This document shows positions 10,508 to 21,475 of a DNA stretch of 64,000 nucleotides, piece by piece. The translations under genes were made by a program, and so were the position numbers. Numbering within the stretch: the stretch's first letter is position 1; every line of letters begins with the position of its first letter. Origin of the DNA: Anthoceros angustus (lineage: Eukaryota > Plantae > Anthocerotophyta); contig MU008169.1 of the NCBI GenBank assembly GCA_010909165.1, forward strand, positions 1,674,001-1,738,000. The letters are read 5' to 3'. A model generated the notes under the pieces. It worked only from the letters and a program-made list of their open reading frames with translations. It was not told the origin of the DNA and did no database searches.

Positions 10508-11669
10508 TCAGCCGTCCCTCTCTGTGCCCTTCTGGGCGTCCCGTTCGTCGCTGTCATCGTCACTCGAGCTCTCGTAAGCCAAACCCAGCAAGCTAGCCTT
10601 GGCTGGTTGCACCTCGTCGGAGGATCTGCCTACTACAACCACTGGACTAGTCGAAGCAAGCCCAGATGGCCTTTCCTGCTCAACTCGATGATGCGTAGAT
10701 ACAACCACCTGCCCTTCACCAGTAGCGTTGCTGGAGCCTCCTCGCCCATCACCACGTGATACGTTTAATGGAGTGACGACGCGCAACCTCTTAGGCTTCA
10801 CCTCCACAATGCTCTTCAGCAGAGTATGCTGTCTGTATACACGTACCAGAAAAGTGAGATAAGAGAAGGCTCTCGCAGGCATATTGAAGTCCAGAGTAAG
10901 TGCATCCTCTTTCTCTTAGGTCATCTCTACTATCACCTTATGCCACTTCGTGGCTTGGGCTCCACCCTGACTGGTGCCACAGTAGTTGTCGGAACAGAAT
11001 CTGCCAAGCTGGCAGCCTTGTGCGGGAAGTAAGTCAAGGATAAAGCGGAGGCCATATACGAGATACAACAAAGACACAAACCACCACAAGGGACAAGCCA
11101 GGAGGATATCTTGAAAGCGGCAAAAGCTCGCTTTTCTGCTCGACGTCTCAGTCGCTCTGCATCTTCTTCTGCCTCCATTTGCTCCTTCAGATACAGTAGA
11201 TCATCACTGTCCAGAGCTAAAGGTACCCCCAACCGAATCCCACAGTCAGCCTTCTTTACCAGTAAGAGAGTCACCAAATCAAACGGACATGGACATAACG
11301 GATCGCAGAGGGAAGTTCAAAAAAAATACCACCGCGCCCATGCAAGTAGCCCCCTCTCTCTCCAGCTACTTCCTGCATCTGTTCTCACCACCATCATCCG
11401 CCAGGTGAAACGCCAAATTCCCTGTCAGGGCACGTTCTCAGAAAATGCGAGACTGAAACGCACGCTACCTGCCTGGCCTTGCCTTGCCGGCACACGCTAC
11501 ACAAGGAGCCATAGGCATATCCAGAGCACAAAACAGTAGCAGAATCTGATAGACCCGGTTCACTAACCTTAGCCACCATCCGCTTGAAGGCAAGGTCCTC
11601 GTCATCAGTCTTGTCAGCTCGGCCACCTTTGGGGCCCCATTTTTTGTCTGTCAGGGTGATCTTGTTCAT
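10508..11669 (-). CDS. Conserved plant protein of unknown function (spliced; 5' start uncertain)
   Basis: Hand-spliced exons 11669-11568, 11378-11330, 11216-11110, 11019-10937, 10832-10508 give ...DDEDLAFKRMVAK|MQEVAGERGGYLHGRG|ALDSDDLLYLKEQMEAEEDAERLRRRAEKRAFAAFK|KAASLAD...VEPKPRSGI|RQHTLLKSIVEVKPKR...SLLGLAYESSSDDD. I recall this as a conserved land-plant protein but cannot name it. Confidence 0.8.
11020..11109 (-). other. U12-type (minor spliceosome) AT-AC intron, 90 nt
   Basis: 5' splice site ATATCCTCC, branch site TCCTTGAC (plus 11033-11040), 3' end ...CCGCAC; removal gives in-frame AFK|KAA. Confidence 0.9.
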
Positions 11670-12568
11670 TAAAGAGGTTGTTAGAACAGCACGGTACATG
11701 AGCATCTTGAGGGCAGCTCAACCGCCACAGAACAAAATCCTATAGCCCACACAGAAACCTAACATGCAGAGCTCCTGTAGGCTTGATCCGCCAGGATGCA
11801 CCATGAACAAACTATGACATATGCAGAGAGCGAGCAGCAGCAGCGGCAACAGCAGAAAACCCCCGTTCTCCGCATAGGAAAGGGTGCATACCTTTGGGGT
11901 CACTCAGATTGGTGTACTCCCGCACCTCCCTGCCTGACATCTTTGCAAACCCAGCAAAAGAACCGCAACAGACACCGTCGATCCCTCTCCGCAGCCCGGC
12001 CGCAAACAACAGATCACTCGACAATCTGTAGCAAATTCACTAGGCATGCTGCCCTGCAGCCAGCACCGGTGGAAGAAAACCCGGCATGAAGTCACCCACA
12101 GCCGGGATGATATCAATGCTGAGCGGCTGCACCAAGCGCCCAACAAGCCGTCTCACGCTCTGGACGTTCGCTTTCTCCACATTCCTCCAGAGCCAATCGA
12201 TAAGGGTTTGGAATTGGTATTCTAGCTTCCTAACCGACAGAAAAAGAAAAGCGGTCCGTTTAGCGATCTATGGGTTGTCTAGGAAAAACGAGGACCGGAG
12301 TTACTGGATGACCAGGTTTAGCGTACCTACTATGTCCGTATGCAGATATACTTGTCCATGGACTTCCATATTCATTTACCATATCTGCAGTGATCCCGAT
12401 TGCCATTTATCGCAGTTGAGTCTTGACGGACAAGAGTTTGGACGAAGCATTTTGGAGCTATGTTTGTTAGCATAACCCTGAAGGAGAATGGAGTGCAGCT
12501 CCAAGTGAAGTGAACTGGCAATTGTTGGGCATCATACTTTTGTTGGAAAGAGGGAACGCCACAGGCTG

Positions 12569-15500
12569 ATGGCTGAAACTGTGACCAAGCTATGTCATCA
12601 AGGCCATCTCACTGAGGCCGTTGAGGCTTTGGGACTTCTGGTGCAGACAGACAGTTGTATTTCCACATCTCTGTTTTACACAGTCCTGAAGAACTGTCTT
12701 GTGAGGAAGGATCTTGTTCTGGGTCGCCGCGTTCATGCTCTCACACTGAAAATGGGGTATGAGTCGGATGCATTCTTGGGCAATCACATTCTGCGAATGT
12801 ACGCTTGTCATGGCAGGTTGCAAGACGCGATGGCTGTGTTCACCATGGTTGACCAACCAGATGTCTTCATGTGGTCCTCTATAATTTCTGCGCATGTTAA
12901 ACACGGGGAGGACAAGCAGGCCATAGAACTGTATCATCGGTTGCGCAAGTCAAGAGTGAAGGCAGATGGGCATGTGTTTGTGGCCGCCCTTCAGGCTTGT
13001 GCAAGGGGCTCGGACTTAAAAACTGGACAGCAGGTGCATGCTGATGTGTTGGAGAGTGGCATTGAACCTGATTTGTTTGTCTGTAACTGCTTGGTAGATA
13101 TGTATGCTAAGTGTGGCAGCTTGGAAGAGGCTCAAAGAGTGTTTGACGGACTTGATCGACCAGATGTGGTGACGTGGACTGCTCTGATTGCAGGGTATTC
13201 TCAGCAGGGCATGGGCCAGGAAGCCCTTCGTCTGTACAGTGTTATGCAAGAAGGCAGGACTGTGCCCAATTCCGTTACTTTTGTATGCCTCTTGCAGGCA
13301 TGTGCAAGCGTGGGCACCTCTGCTTTGGAGAAGGGGAGGCAGCTTCATGTGCAGATTAGAGAACAAGGACACCAAGCTGATGCTTTTGTAGCCAACAGTT
13401 TGATAAGCATGTATTCAAAGTGTGGCAGCGTAGAAGATGCTAAGAAAGTGTTTGATGGACTCGCTCGAAAAGATGTGGTGACATGGAATGCCATGCTAGC
13501 AGGGTATTCCCAGCAAGGCATGGGCCTGGAAGCATTGCGTCTGTACAGTGATATGCAAGAAGATGGCCTGGCTGTAGCAGATTCTGTCACATTTTTGTGC
13601 CTGCTGCAGGCATGTGCAAGCGTTGGCATGCCAGCTTTGGAGAAGGGGAAACTTCTTCATGCACAGATTAGAGAACAAGGACATCATGCTGATGTCTTCA
13701 TAGCGAACAGTTTGGTGAACATGTATGCAAAGTGCGGCAGCTTGGAAGAAGCTCTGAGAGTCTTCGATGGACTCAGTCAAAAAGATGTGGTGACGTGGAA
13801 TGTGATGATAGCAGGATACTCTCAGCAGGGCATGGGCCAGGACGCCCTTCAACTGTACACTGCAATGCAAGAAGAAGGGATGGCTGTACCCGATTCTGTG
13901 ACATTCGTGTCCTTACTTCAGGCATGTGCGAGTGTGGGGCCCTCAGCTTTGGAGAAGGGGAAGGAGCTTCATGGTCAGATAACAGAAGGAGGGCATCAGG
14001 CTGATGTCCTCCTAGCCAACAGTTTGGTGAACATGTATGCAAAATGTGGCAGCCCAGAAGATGCTCGTGGAGTTTTTGACAGACTCGTCCAAAAGGACGT
14101 GGTGACATGGAATGCCATGATAGCAGGGTATTCGCAGCAGGGCATGGGTCAGGAAGCCCTTCGTCTGTACAGTGCTATGCAAGAAGATGGAAGGGCTGCA
14201 CCCAATTCTGTGACTTTTGCATGCCTTCTGCAGGCATGTGCAAGTGTGGGCACCCTGGCTTTAGAGATGGGGAAGCAACTTCATGCAGAGATCAGAGAAA
14301 GGGGACATCAAGCTGATGTGTTTGTAGCCAGCAGTTTAGTGAACATGTATGCAAAGTGTGGCAGCCTGGAACACGCCCAGAGATTATTTGACGGGCTCAG
14401 ACAAAAGGATGTGGTGATGTGGAATGCCATGATAGCAGGATATTCCCAGCAGGGCATGGGCCAGGAAGCCCTTCATTTGTACACTGTTATGGAAGAAGAA
14501 GGGATTGCGGTGCCTGATTCGGTGACATTCGTCTGTCTCCTTCAGGCATGTGCAAGTGTTGGGACCGCAGCTTTGGAGAAGGGGAAGCATCTGCATCAGC
14601 AAATTAGAAAGCGAGGGTACCAAGCTGATGTGTTTGTAGCCAACACTTTAGTGAGCATGTATGCAAAACATGGCAGCCTAGATGATGCTCAGAGCCTGTT
14701 TGATGGACTGGGTCAAAAAGATGTGGTGACGTGGAATGCCATGATAGCAGGTTATTCCCAGCAGGGTATGGGACGGGAAGCCCTTCGTCTTTACAGGGCG
14801 ATGCTAGAAGAAGGCATTGCCATACCAGATTCTGTGACATTTGTGTGCCTCCTGCAGGCGTGCGCAAATGTTGCAGCCTTGCATATGGGAAGGCAGCTAC
14901 ATGTGCAGATCCAAGAACAAGGGTTTGAAGCTGATGTGTCTGTAGCTGGCAGTTTAATAAACATGTATGGAAAGGCTGGGAGCATGATTGATGCACAACG
15001 GGTGTTTGATGCGATGCCGGAAAAGGATGTTATTGCCTGGAGTGCACTTATTGCAGGCTACACGAGTCAAGGAGACAGTGAAGTGGTTTTTGACTTGTTC
15101 CAGAGAATGAAGGAGGATGGTATACAGCCAGTAGGCATCACATTTCTTAGTGTACTGACAGTATGCAGTCACGTGGGGCTCGTCAACAAGGGACGAGAGT
15201 ACTTTGAGGCTATGAGCAGACACTACGGCATCACTCCCACAGTGGAGCACTTCACATGCATGGTGGGTCTCCTGGGCCGTGCTGGTCGACTGGACGAGGC
15301 ACTATCTCTGGTGAGGTCAATGCCTCTGCCACCTAATGCGGCAGTTTGGCACACTCTGTTGGGCGCTTGTCAGAAGTGGAGCAACGTGGAGGTGGGGTGC
15401 CTCGCTTTCAATGAAGCAGTGAAGGTAGACAAGAACCACGGAGCAGCATATGTGGCTATGTCAAACATATACTCTGCTGCCCAGATGTGGGAGCAGGCAC

Positions 15501-15676
15501 ATGAGATGCAGACGACGAGAAAGACAAGAAGGGCATGGAAGCAGCCAGGTCAGAGCTGGTGGACAGACCTGGATGGAGTGGTGCATAGTTTCTTGGTTGG
15601 TGAGAAGAAGCCTTCTCCTATTCGTGTGCAGCTGAAACAAGTGTTTTCCGAAGTGGAGAAAGACTCGATCCAGTAA
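12569..15676 (+). CDS. PLS-class PPR RNA-editing factor (P-LL-S triplets, E1/E2, WW-type PG box, DYW truncated)
   Basis: 1035-aa intronless ORF; about 26 PPR motifs in 104-aa triplets (P 36, long L 37, S 31 aa), then E1/E2 and KQPGQSWWTD...VHSFLVG, with a stop before any HxE/CxxC motif. Confidence 0.95.
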   Translation: MAETVTKLCHQGHLTEAVEALGLLVQTDSCISTSLFYTVLKNCLVRKDLVLGRRVHALTLKMGYESDAFLGNHILRMYACHGRLQDAMAVFTMVDQPDVFMWSSIISAHVKHGEDKQAIELYHRLRKSRVKADGHVFVAALQACARGSDLKTGQQVHADVLESGIEPDLFVCNCLVDMYAKCGSLEEAQRVFDGLDRPDVVTWTALIAGYSQQGMGQEALRLYSVMQEGRTVPNSVTFVCLLQACASVGTSALEKGRQLHVQIREQGHQADAFVANSLISMYSKCGSVEDAKKVFDGLARKDVVTWNAMLAGYSQQGMGLEALRLYSDMQEDGLAVADSVTFLCLLQACASVGMPALEKGKLLHAQIREQGHHADVFIANSLVNMYAKCGSLEEALRVFDGLSQKDVVTWNVMIAGYSQQGMGQDALQLYTAMQEEGMAVPDSVTFVSLLQACASVGPSALEKGKELHGQITEGGHQADVLLANSLVNMYAKCGSPEDARGVFDRLVQKDVVTWNAMIAGYSQQGMGQEALRLYSAMQEDGRAAPNSVTFACLLQACASVGTLALEMGKQLHAEIRERGHQADVFVASSLVNMYAKCGSLEHAQRLFDGLRQKDVVMWNAMIAGYSQQGMGQEALHLYTVMEEEGIAVPDSVTFVCLLQACASVGTAALEKGKHLHQQIRKRGYQADVFVANTLVSMYAKHGSLDDAQSLFDGLGQKDVVTWNAMIAGYSQQGMGREALRLYRAMLEEGIAIPDSVTFVCLLQACANVAALHMGRQLHVQIQEQGFEADVSVAGSLINMYGKAGSMIDAQRVFDAMPEKDVIAWSALIAGYTSQGDSEVVFDLFQRMKEDGIQPVGITFLSVLTVCSHVGLVNKGREYFEAMSRHYGITPTVEHFTCMVGLLGRAGRLDEALSLVRSMPLPPNAAVWHTLLGACQKWSNVEVGCLAFNEAVKVDKNHGAAYVAMSNIYSAAQMWEQAHEMQTTRKTRRAWKQPGQSWWTDLDGVVHSFLVGEKKPSPIRVQLKQVFSEVEKDSIQ

Positions 15677-15747
15677 CTTCTGGTCATCTATGTGGCGTCA
15701 AGCTCTCCTTCGTCATCATCGAAGACTGGCGTCTCCTCAGGAAGAAG

Positions 15748-15895
15748 AACAGTGCCGGGGGGCAATCCAAGACTCAACCAGGCCCTTTTTGTCATGAACA
15801 ACAGTGCCGAAGAGCAAGCTAAGACTCAACCAGGCCCTTCTTTTCATGAACCACAGGAACGGTGCCGGAGAGCAATCCAAGACTGAACCAGGCCC
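15748..15895. repeat. Three degenerate 52-58 bp tandem repeats just after the PPR stop
   Basis: aacagtgccg...aagactcaaccaggccc starts at 15748, 15800 and 15858. Confidence 0.85.
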
Positions 15896-16386
15896 CCAGA
15901 TTCAAACGCGTCGTGTTCCAACTGTGTGGAGGGATAACCAGGCTTGATATAAATAGGGCAAGAGATTTTCATTGAGTTGGAGAGGTTCCAACTACAACAG
16001 TCTCATTACCCGCATCTATCATACATCAGAATTTTAGCTACTAGGTCGACATAGGTGAACAGGCTCAGCAACCCAATCCGAATGTTCATTTCGGTGGCAA
16101 TAGATTGAATAACTGGAAGTTCAAATCTACGAGAAAACAGGAATGGTTCTCAGGAGTTGAATTTTGAAGGTCGTGGGTTGCTTTCCAAGCTCTCTACTTT
16201 TGCATGAACTGGTTGCCAGGAGGGTAGTGGTGAACCGGAGCCGGCTGTGCAGGGACCTCAAGTTTGTGTCGGTTGGCAACAAATCCTGCACACAACCAAT
16301 GGATTTGTCACTTCCGCCCTTGCCGAAAGAAACCGACAACCTGCAGAGCAGAGCAGAAGAAACGGCAGCATAGCGCCGATTTGGGA

Positions 16387-17195
16387 CTAACCAAGTTTAG
16401 GATCGATGTCGCGGAGCTTTAGCTCGCGGTACTGCTGCGTGAGGGAGCAGAGCGGGCAGCAGCAATCGGAGAAGAAATCACCGCAAGGCTCGTCCGGGAG
16501 CCCGTACTTGGTCCGCAGCTTTGCACGGTAGCCGCAAGTGTATAAGCACCCGCACCCCGTCCAAGACTGAAGGCAGCAGTAGATCAACCCTGCACTACCA
16601 CAAGCTGCACGCACGTGTACACACGCAATATCCCGATTTAAGTATTGTTCCACTCCCGCAACATCGCACGACGGAGGAGCAGCATATCCGACATTGCGAA
16701 AGGCCTAGTACAGTCAATCTACTCACAGGTAGCTCCATGGTCAAGAATCTCCACGATCCGCCCGACCAGAACGCAAGGGCAGCACCAGGCGCAACAACCT
16801 GGAGGAGAGACGGCGCGGTAGGGGAGGCGGAGTCAGTCTGGCGGCATCGGGAAATTTCAATATCACATTGCTGTACTAAAACCGCTGTTTCTAAGCATCC
16901 ACAGCACCGCAGCACGTAGAACCGCATTCTTCGGACGGAAGCAAAGGCGGAATTTCCAAGCATCACATTGCGTGCACTAAACACGCTGTTTCCAAGCATC
17001 CGCAGCAGCTCCTTAAGCTAGCAGCAAACCAGAGAGCGCAGAAAAAAGCATCGGCGTCCACATTCTTCAGCTGGAAGCAAAGCAGAGAGCGCAGAAAGTA
17101 TCGGCCAGCTTACAGATCTCGCAGTCGTCAAAGCAGGCGCAGTAGCCGGTGCGCCAGGCGTCGGAGTTGGCAGGGGGAGTGTAGCTATACGCCAT
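16387..17195 (-). CDS. PLAC8 / PCR / cell-number-regulator family Cys-rich protein (at least 3 exons; 3' end uncertain)
   Basis: Exon 1 from ATG 17195: MAYSYTPPANSDAWRTGYCACFDDCEI; exon 2: CCAWCCPCVLVGRIVEILDHGAT; exon 3: CGSAGLIY...YRAKLRTKYGLPDEPCGDFFSDCCCPLCSLTQQYRELK. GT-AG junctions found. Confidence 0.9.
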
Positions 17196-18589
17196 ATCAA
17201 CGGATCAACCACAGAAACAAATGCAACAACAACTTCAAGATTGCACCACAGAGGAACTCCGCTCCGCTCCGCACCGCAACAACACGCCACACCACACCAC
17301 ACCACACCACACCACACCGGAACCGCTCCGCACGAGATCGCCGCAAGGACGGATCAAGCAATCTGATTCGAGGCTATCGAACCAGCAATACGATCTTGAA
17401 AGCAAAAGCAATCCGCAGGCTCCGTCAAGGTACAGCCGGCGAGCCCGCGCCAAGGCGAAGGCACGAAAGCGGAGCGAGAGACTGATCCCTTCGTGCACAA
17501 CGCCAGCTCATATTCGGTGCGCCTTTGACCCGGCCCCGACGCCGCAAGTGGGAAGCAGTTTCCACCCAATGGGTCATTCTACATAGAAATTTTCCTATCA
17601 TAGGACTCGGCACTTCACAACTGGCACCATGGTGTGCCCATACAACGAAGGAGCTTTCCCGGCTCCTTCCGGGCCGGAGGAGCCTGGAAAGAACTGGCAG
17701 GCTGGAAATCCCGGCATTATCCTAAACGAAGAGTTCCTCGAAATCGCGTCAGCAAAAGATTCCGTGACTGCGGTATGCGGCACGACCCGGTCACCCGGTC
17801 GCCGCAGCCTTCTTCAGACATTTCCACCGGGACTGGAGTCAGGAGCGCGTTTGGCAAACGTTCTCGGATGACCGGAATGATCGCTGCCTGCGGCCTGCTG
17901 CGACGGAGATTCCTGTCTCGATGGATAAAATTTAATAACTTTAAATTGTATATATAAACTGGATGTTTAATTAGGAACGTTTTCTCGGGTTCTTTCTTGT
18001 TCCCATCACCTCGGCGTAGATGACACTTCTCATATGTACATGCTTTTATCCACGGATAATATTTTCAATTTTTATTATATATATTTGTTTTATTTTTTTC
18101 ATAGGGCTACTTGGATCTGTGTCAAATAAAGCATAATGCTTTCCTTATGCAAACTTCTTCCAATTGAGTTAAATGAGATGCCTCTTTTCTTGTGCAATCT
18201 TCTTTTGGTTTAGTTCAGTGAAATGGGCAGCTCTCCTCGTGCGATCTTCTTTCAATTTGATTAAGAGAATGAGAATAATTTATTTTCTGGTTCAAGTTCG
18301 TTCATCTAGACACGATGCTATGACGATATACGCTTGCCTCTTAGTTACTTGCAGATTTCATATATTTGTATGTTGAGCTTCTTGGTGAGTAATTTAGGTC
18401 TTGAAGTTATGGACTCTTATTCTATCTTTTTTGAATAAAAAATAGATATTTTATTATTTATGATAATGTGATTGATATGATATTATAAATATTACACGAT
18501 AATATACATACATGATGTAAAAATAACAAGTAACAAAAAGAATATGTTAGCACTAGCTATCTCTCAATTATGGTTCAAACAAGTTCTCA

Positions 18590-19069
18590 TTAATGTTTCA
18601 ATAATGGTTCAGGAACGACCGGGCAATTGTCAGGAATTTCTAGAGTAGTGTACCTTAGATAACAATCTTGAACCAAAATTGAACCAGAACGAGGTACATC
18701 GGAACAAAGATTAAATAAGATATCATTTAAGATATGTGACAGACATTCATAACATGCTTTATGTGTGGTCATGCTACTTCGGTTAAGGTAACATTTCAAA
18801 ACTCCCCAAAAAATTGGCAAGTCATTTTGAGCAAAATAAGGAAAATTAGGGAATTGGTTTGCACCATTGTAGATAAATTGATCAGCAGCATTAATTAACC
18901 ATGCACCTCTAGGATCAAGGGTTGTATAAGGTTCCCCACATATATGCTCAATACGAGTTAGATTCGGACCATCGTCACTTGACTCAGTTTGATATAATCC
19001 ATGTAGGATCATTAGAGAGAAAAACACATTTTTACAACATGTAAAGAGAGAGTACTTATAAACCAACAT
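18590..19069 (-). CDS. Secreted single-domain DUF26/Gnk2 (stress-antifungal)-like Cys-rich protein, divergent
   Basis: 159-aa intronless ORF in AT-rich DNA; hydrophobic N-terminus; GVLKC-x12-C-x2-C...LC...GSILVQDCYLRY matches the DUF26 pattern (YGLAQC...CxxC...C...GCFLRY). Confidence 0.7.
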   Translation of the reverse strand: MLVYKYSLFTCCKNVFFSLMILHGLYQTESSDDGPNLTRIEHICGEPYTTLDPRGAWLINAADQFIYNGANQFPNFPYFAQNDLPIFWGVLKCYLNRSSMTTHKACYECLSHILNDILFNLCSDVPRSGSILVQDCYLRYTTLEIPDNCPVVPEPLLKH

Positions 19070-19647
19070 CCTCAGAATTGATTACATGTTGAATTTATAA
19101 ATTATGCTCTTTTTGTACCTACAATGTTATTAAAATAGTTCCCATCCGCAACCAAAGAATTGCTTAATAAGCACCTTCAATTTGATTCACCTTGACTTGG
19201 TTTATATGTACACCATTGAGTGAAAGAGGTACTAACTTGGGGAGGTGGTCGTCACAATGAAAATACAACTTGAGCATAAAAATTAGTTGATCTTTACTTT
19301 ATGACTATTGGATTCCGCTCTCTATTTAAACTATTGAGCTAAATATAGAATAATGACATATTATATGACACAAGCAAAATTATCTAAATAATACATAGGT
19401 AGAGGAAATAATTAGAAGTAAATTCAAGTATCCGGCTTTTTTAGTGAGTTGGAAAAACACTAGATTAGAATTTCTTCTCTGTATAAACTAAAAAAAATAT
19501 AAAATTATTTAAATAAAATATAAAATAAACTTGTGTTGTGTATAATTTTGTATATAATGATGCTAAATTCTTGAATTTCAAACCTTACTTTGGGATCTGG
19601 AGAACATCACGTCTGCAGTATGAGCACTTAAATCGGTTAGAAAAAGG

Positions 19648-19915
19648 ATGGTTTCGGTTGGAGTGAAAAAGATAGTTTCGGTTGGGGTCTTGCTGGGTTG
19701 TGTTAGAGCCTTGCCTTGCCTTGGTGTGAAGTCCGGTGAGACTTTAACTTCATGGTGGCAGAGATTTAATTGCGTCATCGGAAAAGAGTCGTGCATGTCC
19801 ATGTTGTGGAGATGAGCTGCGAATTCACCAGCGTCCATGTTTGAAGGATGAGCTGCGATGCTTTTATGATGGGGAACAACCAAATCTCCTCCTCAGCATT
19901 GCGTTCACAAACTAG
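19648..19915 (+). pseudogene. Degenerate orphan gene, copy A of a tandem pair
   Basis: Frameshifted pieces MVSVGVKKIVSVGVLLGC... / DLIASSEKSRACPCCGDELR...EQPNLLLSIAFTN*, homologous to copy B. Confidence 0.4.
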
Positions 19916-20270
19916 ATGTGTAATTGGTACATGCTTAAGAGGAGAGAATCACAGTACAGTGCCGACAAAAGATATGCAAAGCTGGACATGGGAAACCGTG
20001 ATGGAGGCAGCTCCTGTTTGGAGGTAGGCTAGATCAGGTATCTTCTATGTCTAGGACTATTAGGAACTCTGCTGCCATGCCAGAAAGGAAGTTGCACAAT
20101 ACCAGCAGGAAAATGGAGCCCTAAAGGGCAAGGATGGACTTTGTCTTGATAGCATCAAAGATGTGACCTCCCGTTTGAAGCAGATCCAGCCCCTGGCTTG
20201 CCTACATAAACAACGCCATGTCTGACCCTGACTGACATCAAAGAAACCTTGAGGAAAACGGCGCTAGTAT

Positions 20271-21035
20271 TTGCAGCAGCTTCACGGAACTGGGAAGATG
20301 ATCTCCATAATTCTTGGAGCCCTGCTGGGTTCGGCGTTCATGTTTGGAAGCGGGGTTGGAGTCGCGTGCGCGGTGGGCGGGTGGTTGATGTCTACGAAGA
20401 GTCGTGCCATCCGGTCGGAGGTGGGCAGGCGCAGCCATGGCCATGCGGGGAGCGGGACTGGGCCGAAGGTTCGTGTGGAGTCCAGAGAGATTGAACTTCT
20501 GCTGGATTTGATTGCCCCATACAAGAATTGTGTTGCATGTTTTGGAGAGTAGCTGTGGACTGATAACTGTCCATGTTTTGGAGGTGAGCTACATGCCCTG
20601 TTCTGAGAGTGGTGTCCATGTATTGATGAGCTTTACATGTATTGATGAGCTTTACATGTATTGATGAGCTTTACATGTTTTGAAGGGCGTCGATGTTTCG
20701 GAGAAGAGCTTCGTAGCTCTGTGAGGCGACGTGAGTCCGTACTTGGGAGATCAGATGCGAACTAGTTTTGGAGATGAGCTCTGTGGGTCAGTGTTTGGGG
20801 ATTACTTTAGCAGTGGGAGTCAATGTTTTGGGGATCAGCTCTGAGAGTCCTGGTTTGGAGATGAGCTGCGGACTAGAGTGAGATACTGGGATGTCTTTCA
20901 CTGAACTGGGATCTCAAGTGTGTCTGTCTTGGCAAAGTTACATGGCCTGTTCCTGTCACGGAATGTAATACAATGTGAAGCTACCATTTTGAGAAGCAAC
21001 CAAAAAGTCTCCTAAGCGCTGCATTCACAAAGTAG
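20271..21035 (+). pseudogene. Degenerate orphan membrane-protein gene, copy B, with ~10-aa FGD(E/Q)L repeats
   Basis: ORF 20271-20552 has a hydrophobic segment. Broken frames continue with CFGGEL, CFGEEL, SFGDEL, CFGDQL, WFGDEL and end EKQPKSLLSAAFTK*. The 3' flank (about 20995-21327) aligns with 19875-20208. A 19-bp x3 repeat lies at 20617-20677. Confidence 0.45.
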
Positions 21036-21475
21036 AGGTGTAGTTGATACATGCTTAAGCGGAGGAAATACAGGAGTGTGCCAACAGGCTCACAGATATC
21101 CAGTGCTGTCCAGCGGAAATCCTGATTGAGGTAGCTCCTGTTTGTAGAAAGGAAAGTGTTGTCTCTAGGATTATTAGAGGAAGCCTGCTGCCATGCCACA
21201 AAGGAAGTTGCACCCGACCTGGCAAGAGAATGCATCCCGAAGAGACAAGAACGGACTTGTCTCGTGGGCCACAAAGATCGACACCTCCCGTTCGTAGCAA
21301 ATCCAGCCCCTGGCTTGCCTGCATCAAATTAGGTCTGTCCCTGGCTGCCAGCAAATCAACTCTGGGAAAAACGATGAAGTGTTTGCGGCAGGCTTCACTA
21401 AACTGCATCCTGAGAAGGTTGGATCTGTCAACCAGTGATGCCATAGCTTGAGGCAATGCCGGCATCCAGAAAACC

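Noticed and set aside
17600-17930. GC-rich, hairpin-rich stretch (e.g. gaaggagc/gctccttc) as a structured ncRNA
   Set aside because: No recognisable snRNA, SRP, MRP or miRNA motif; short stems are expected at this GC content upstream of the PLAC8 gene.
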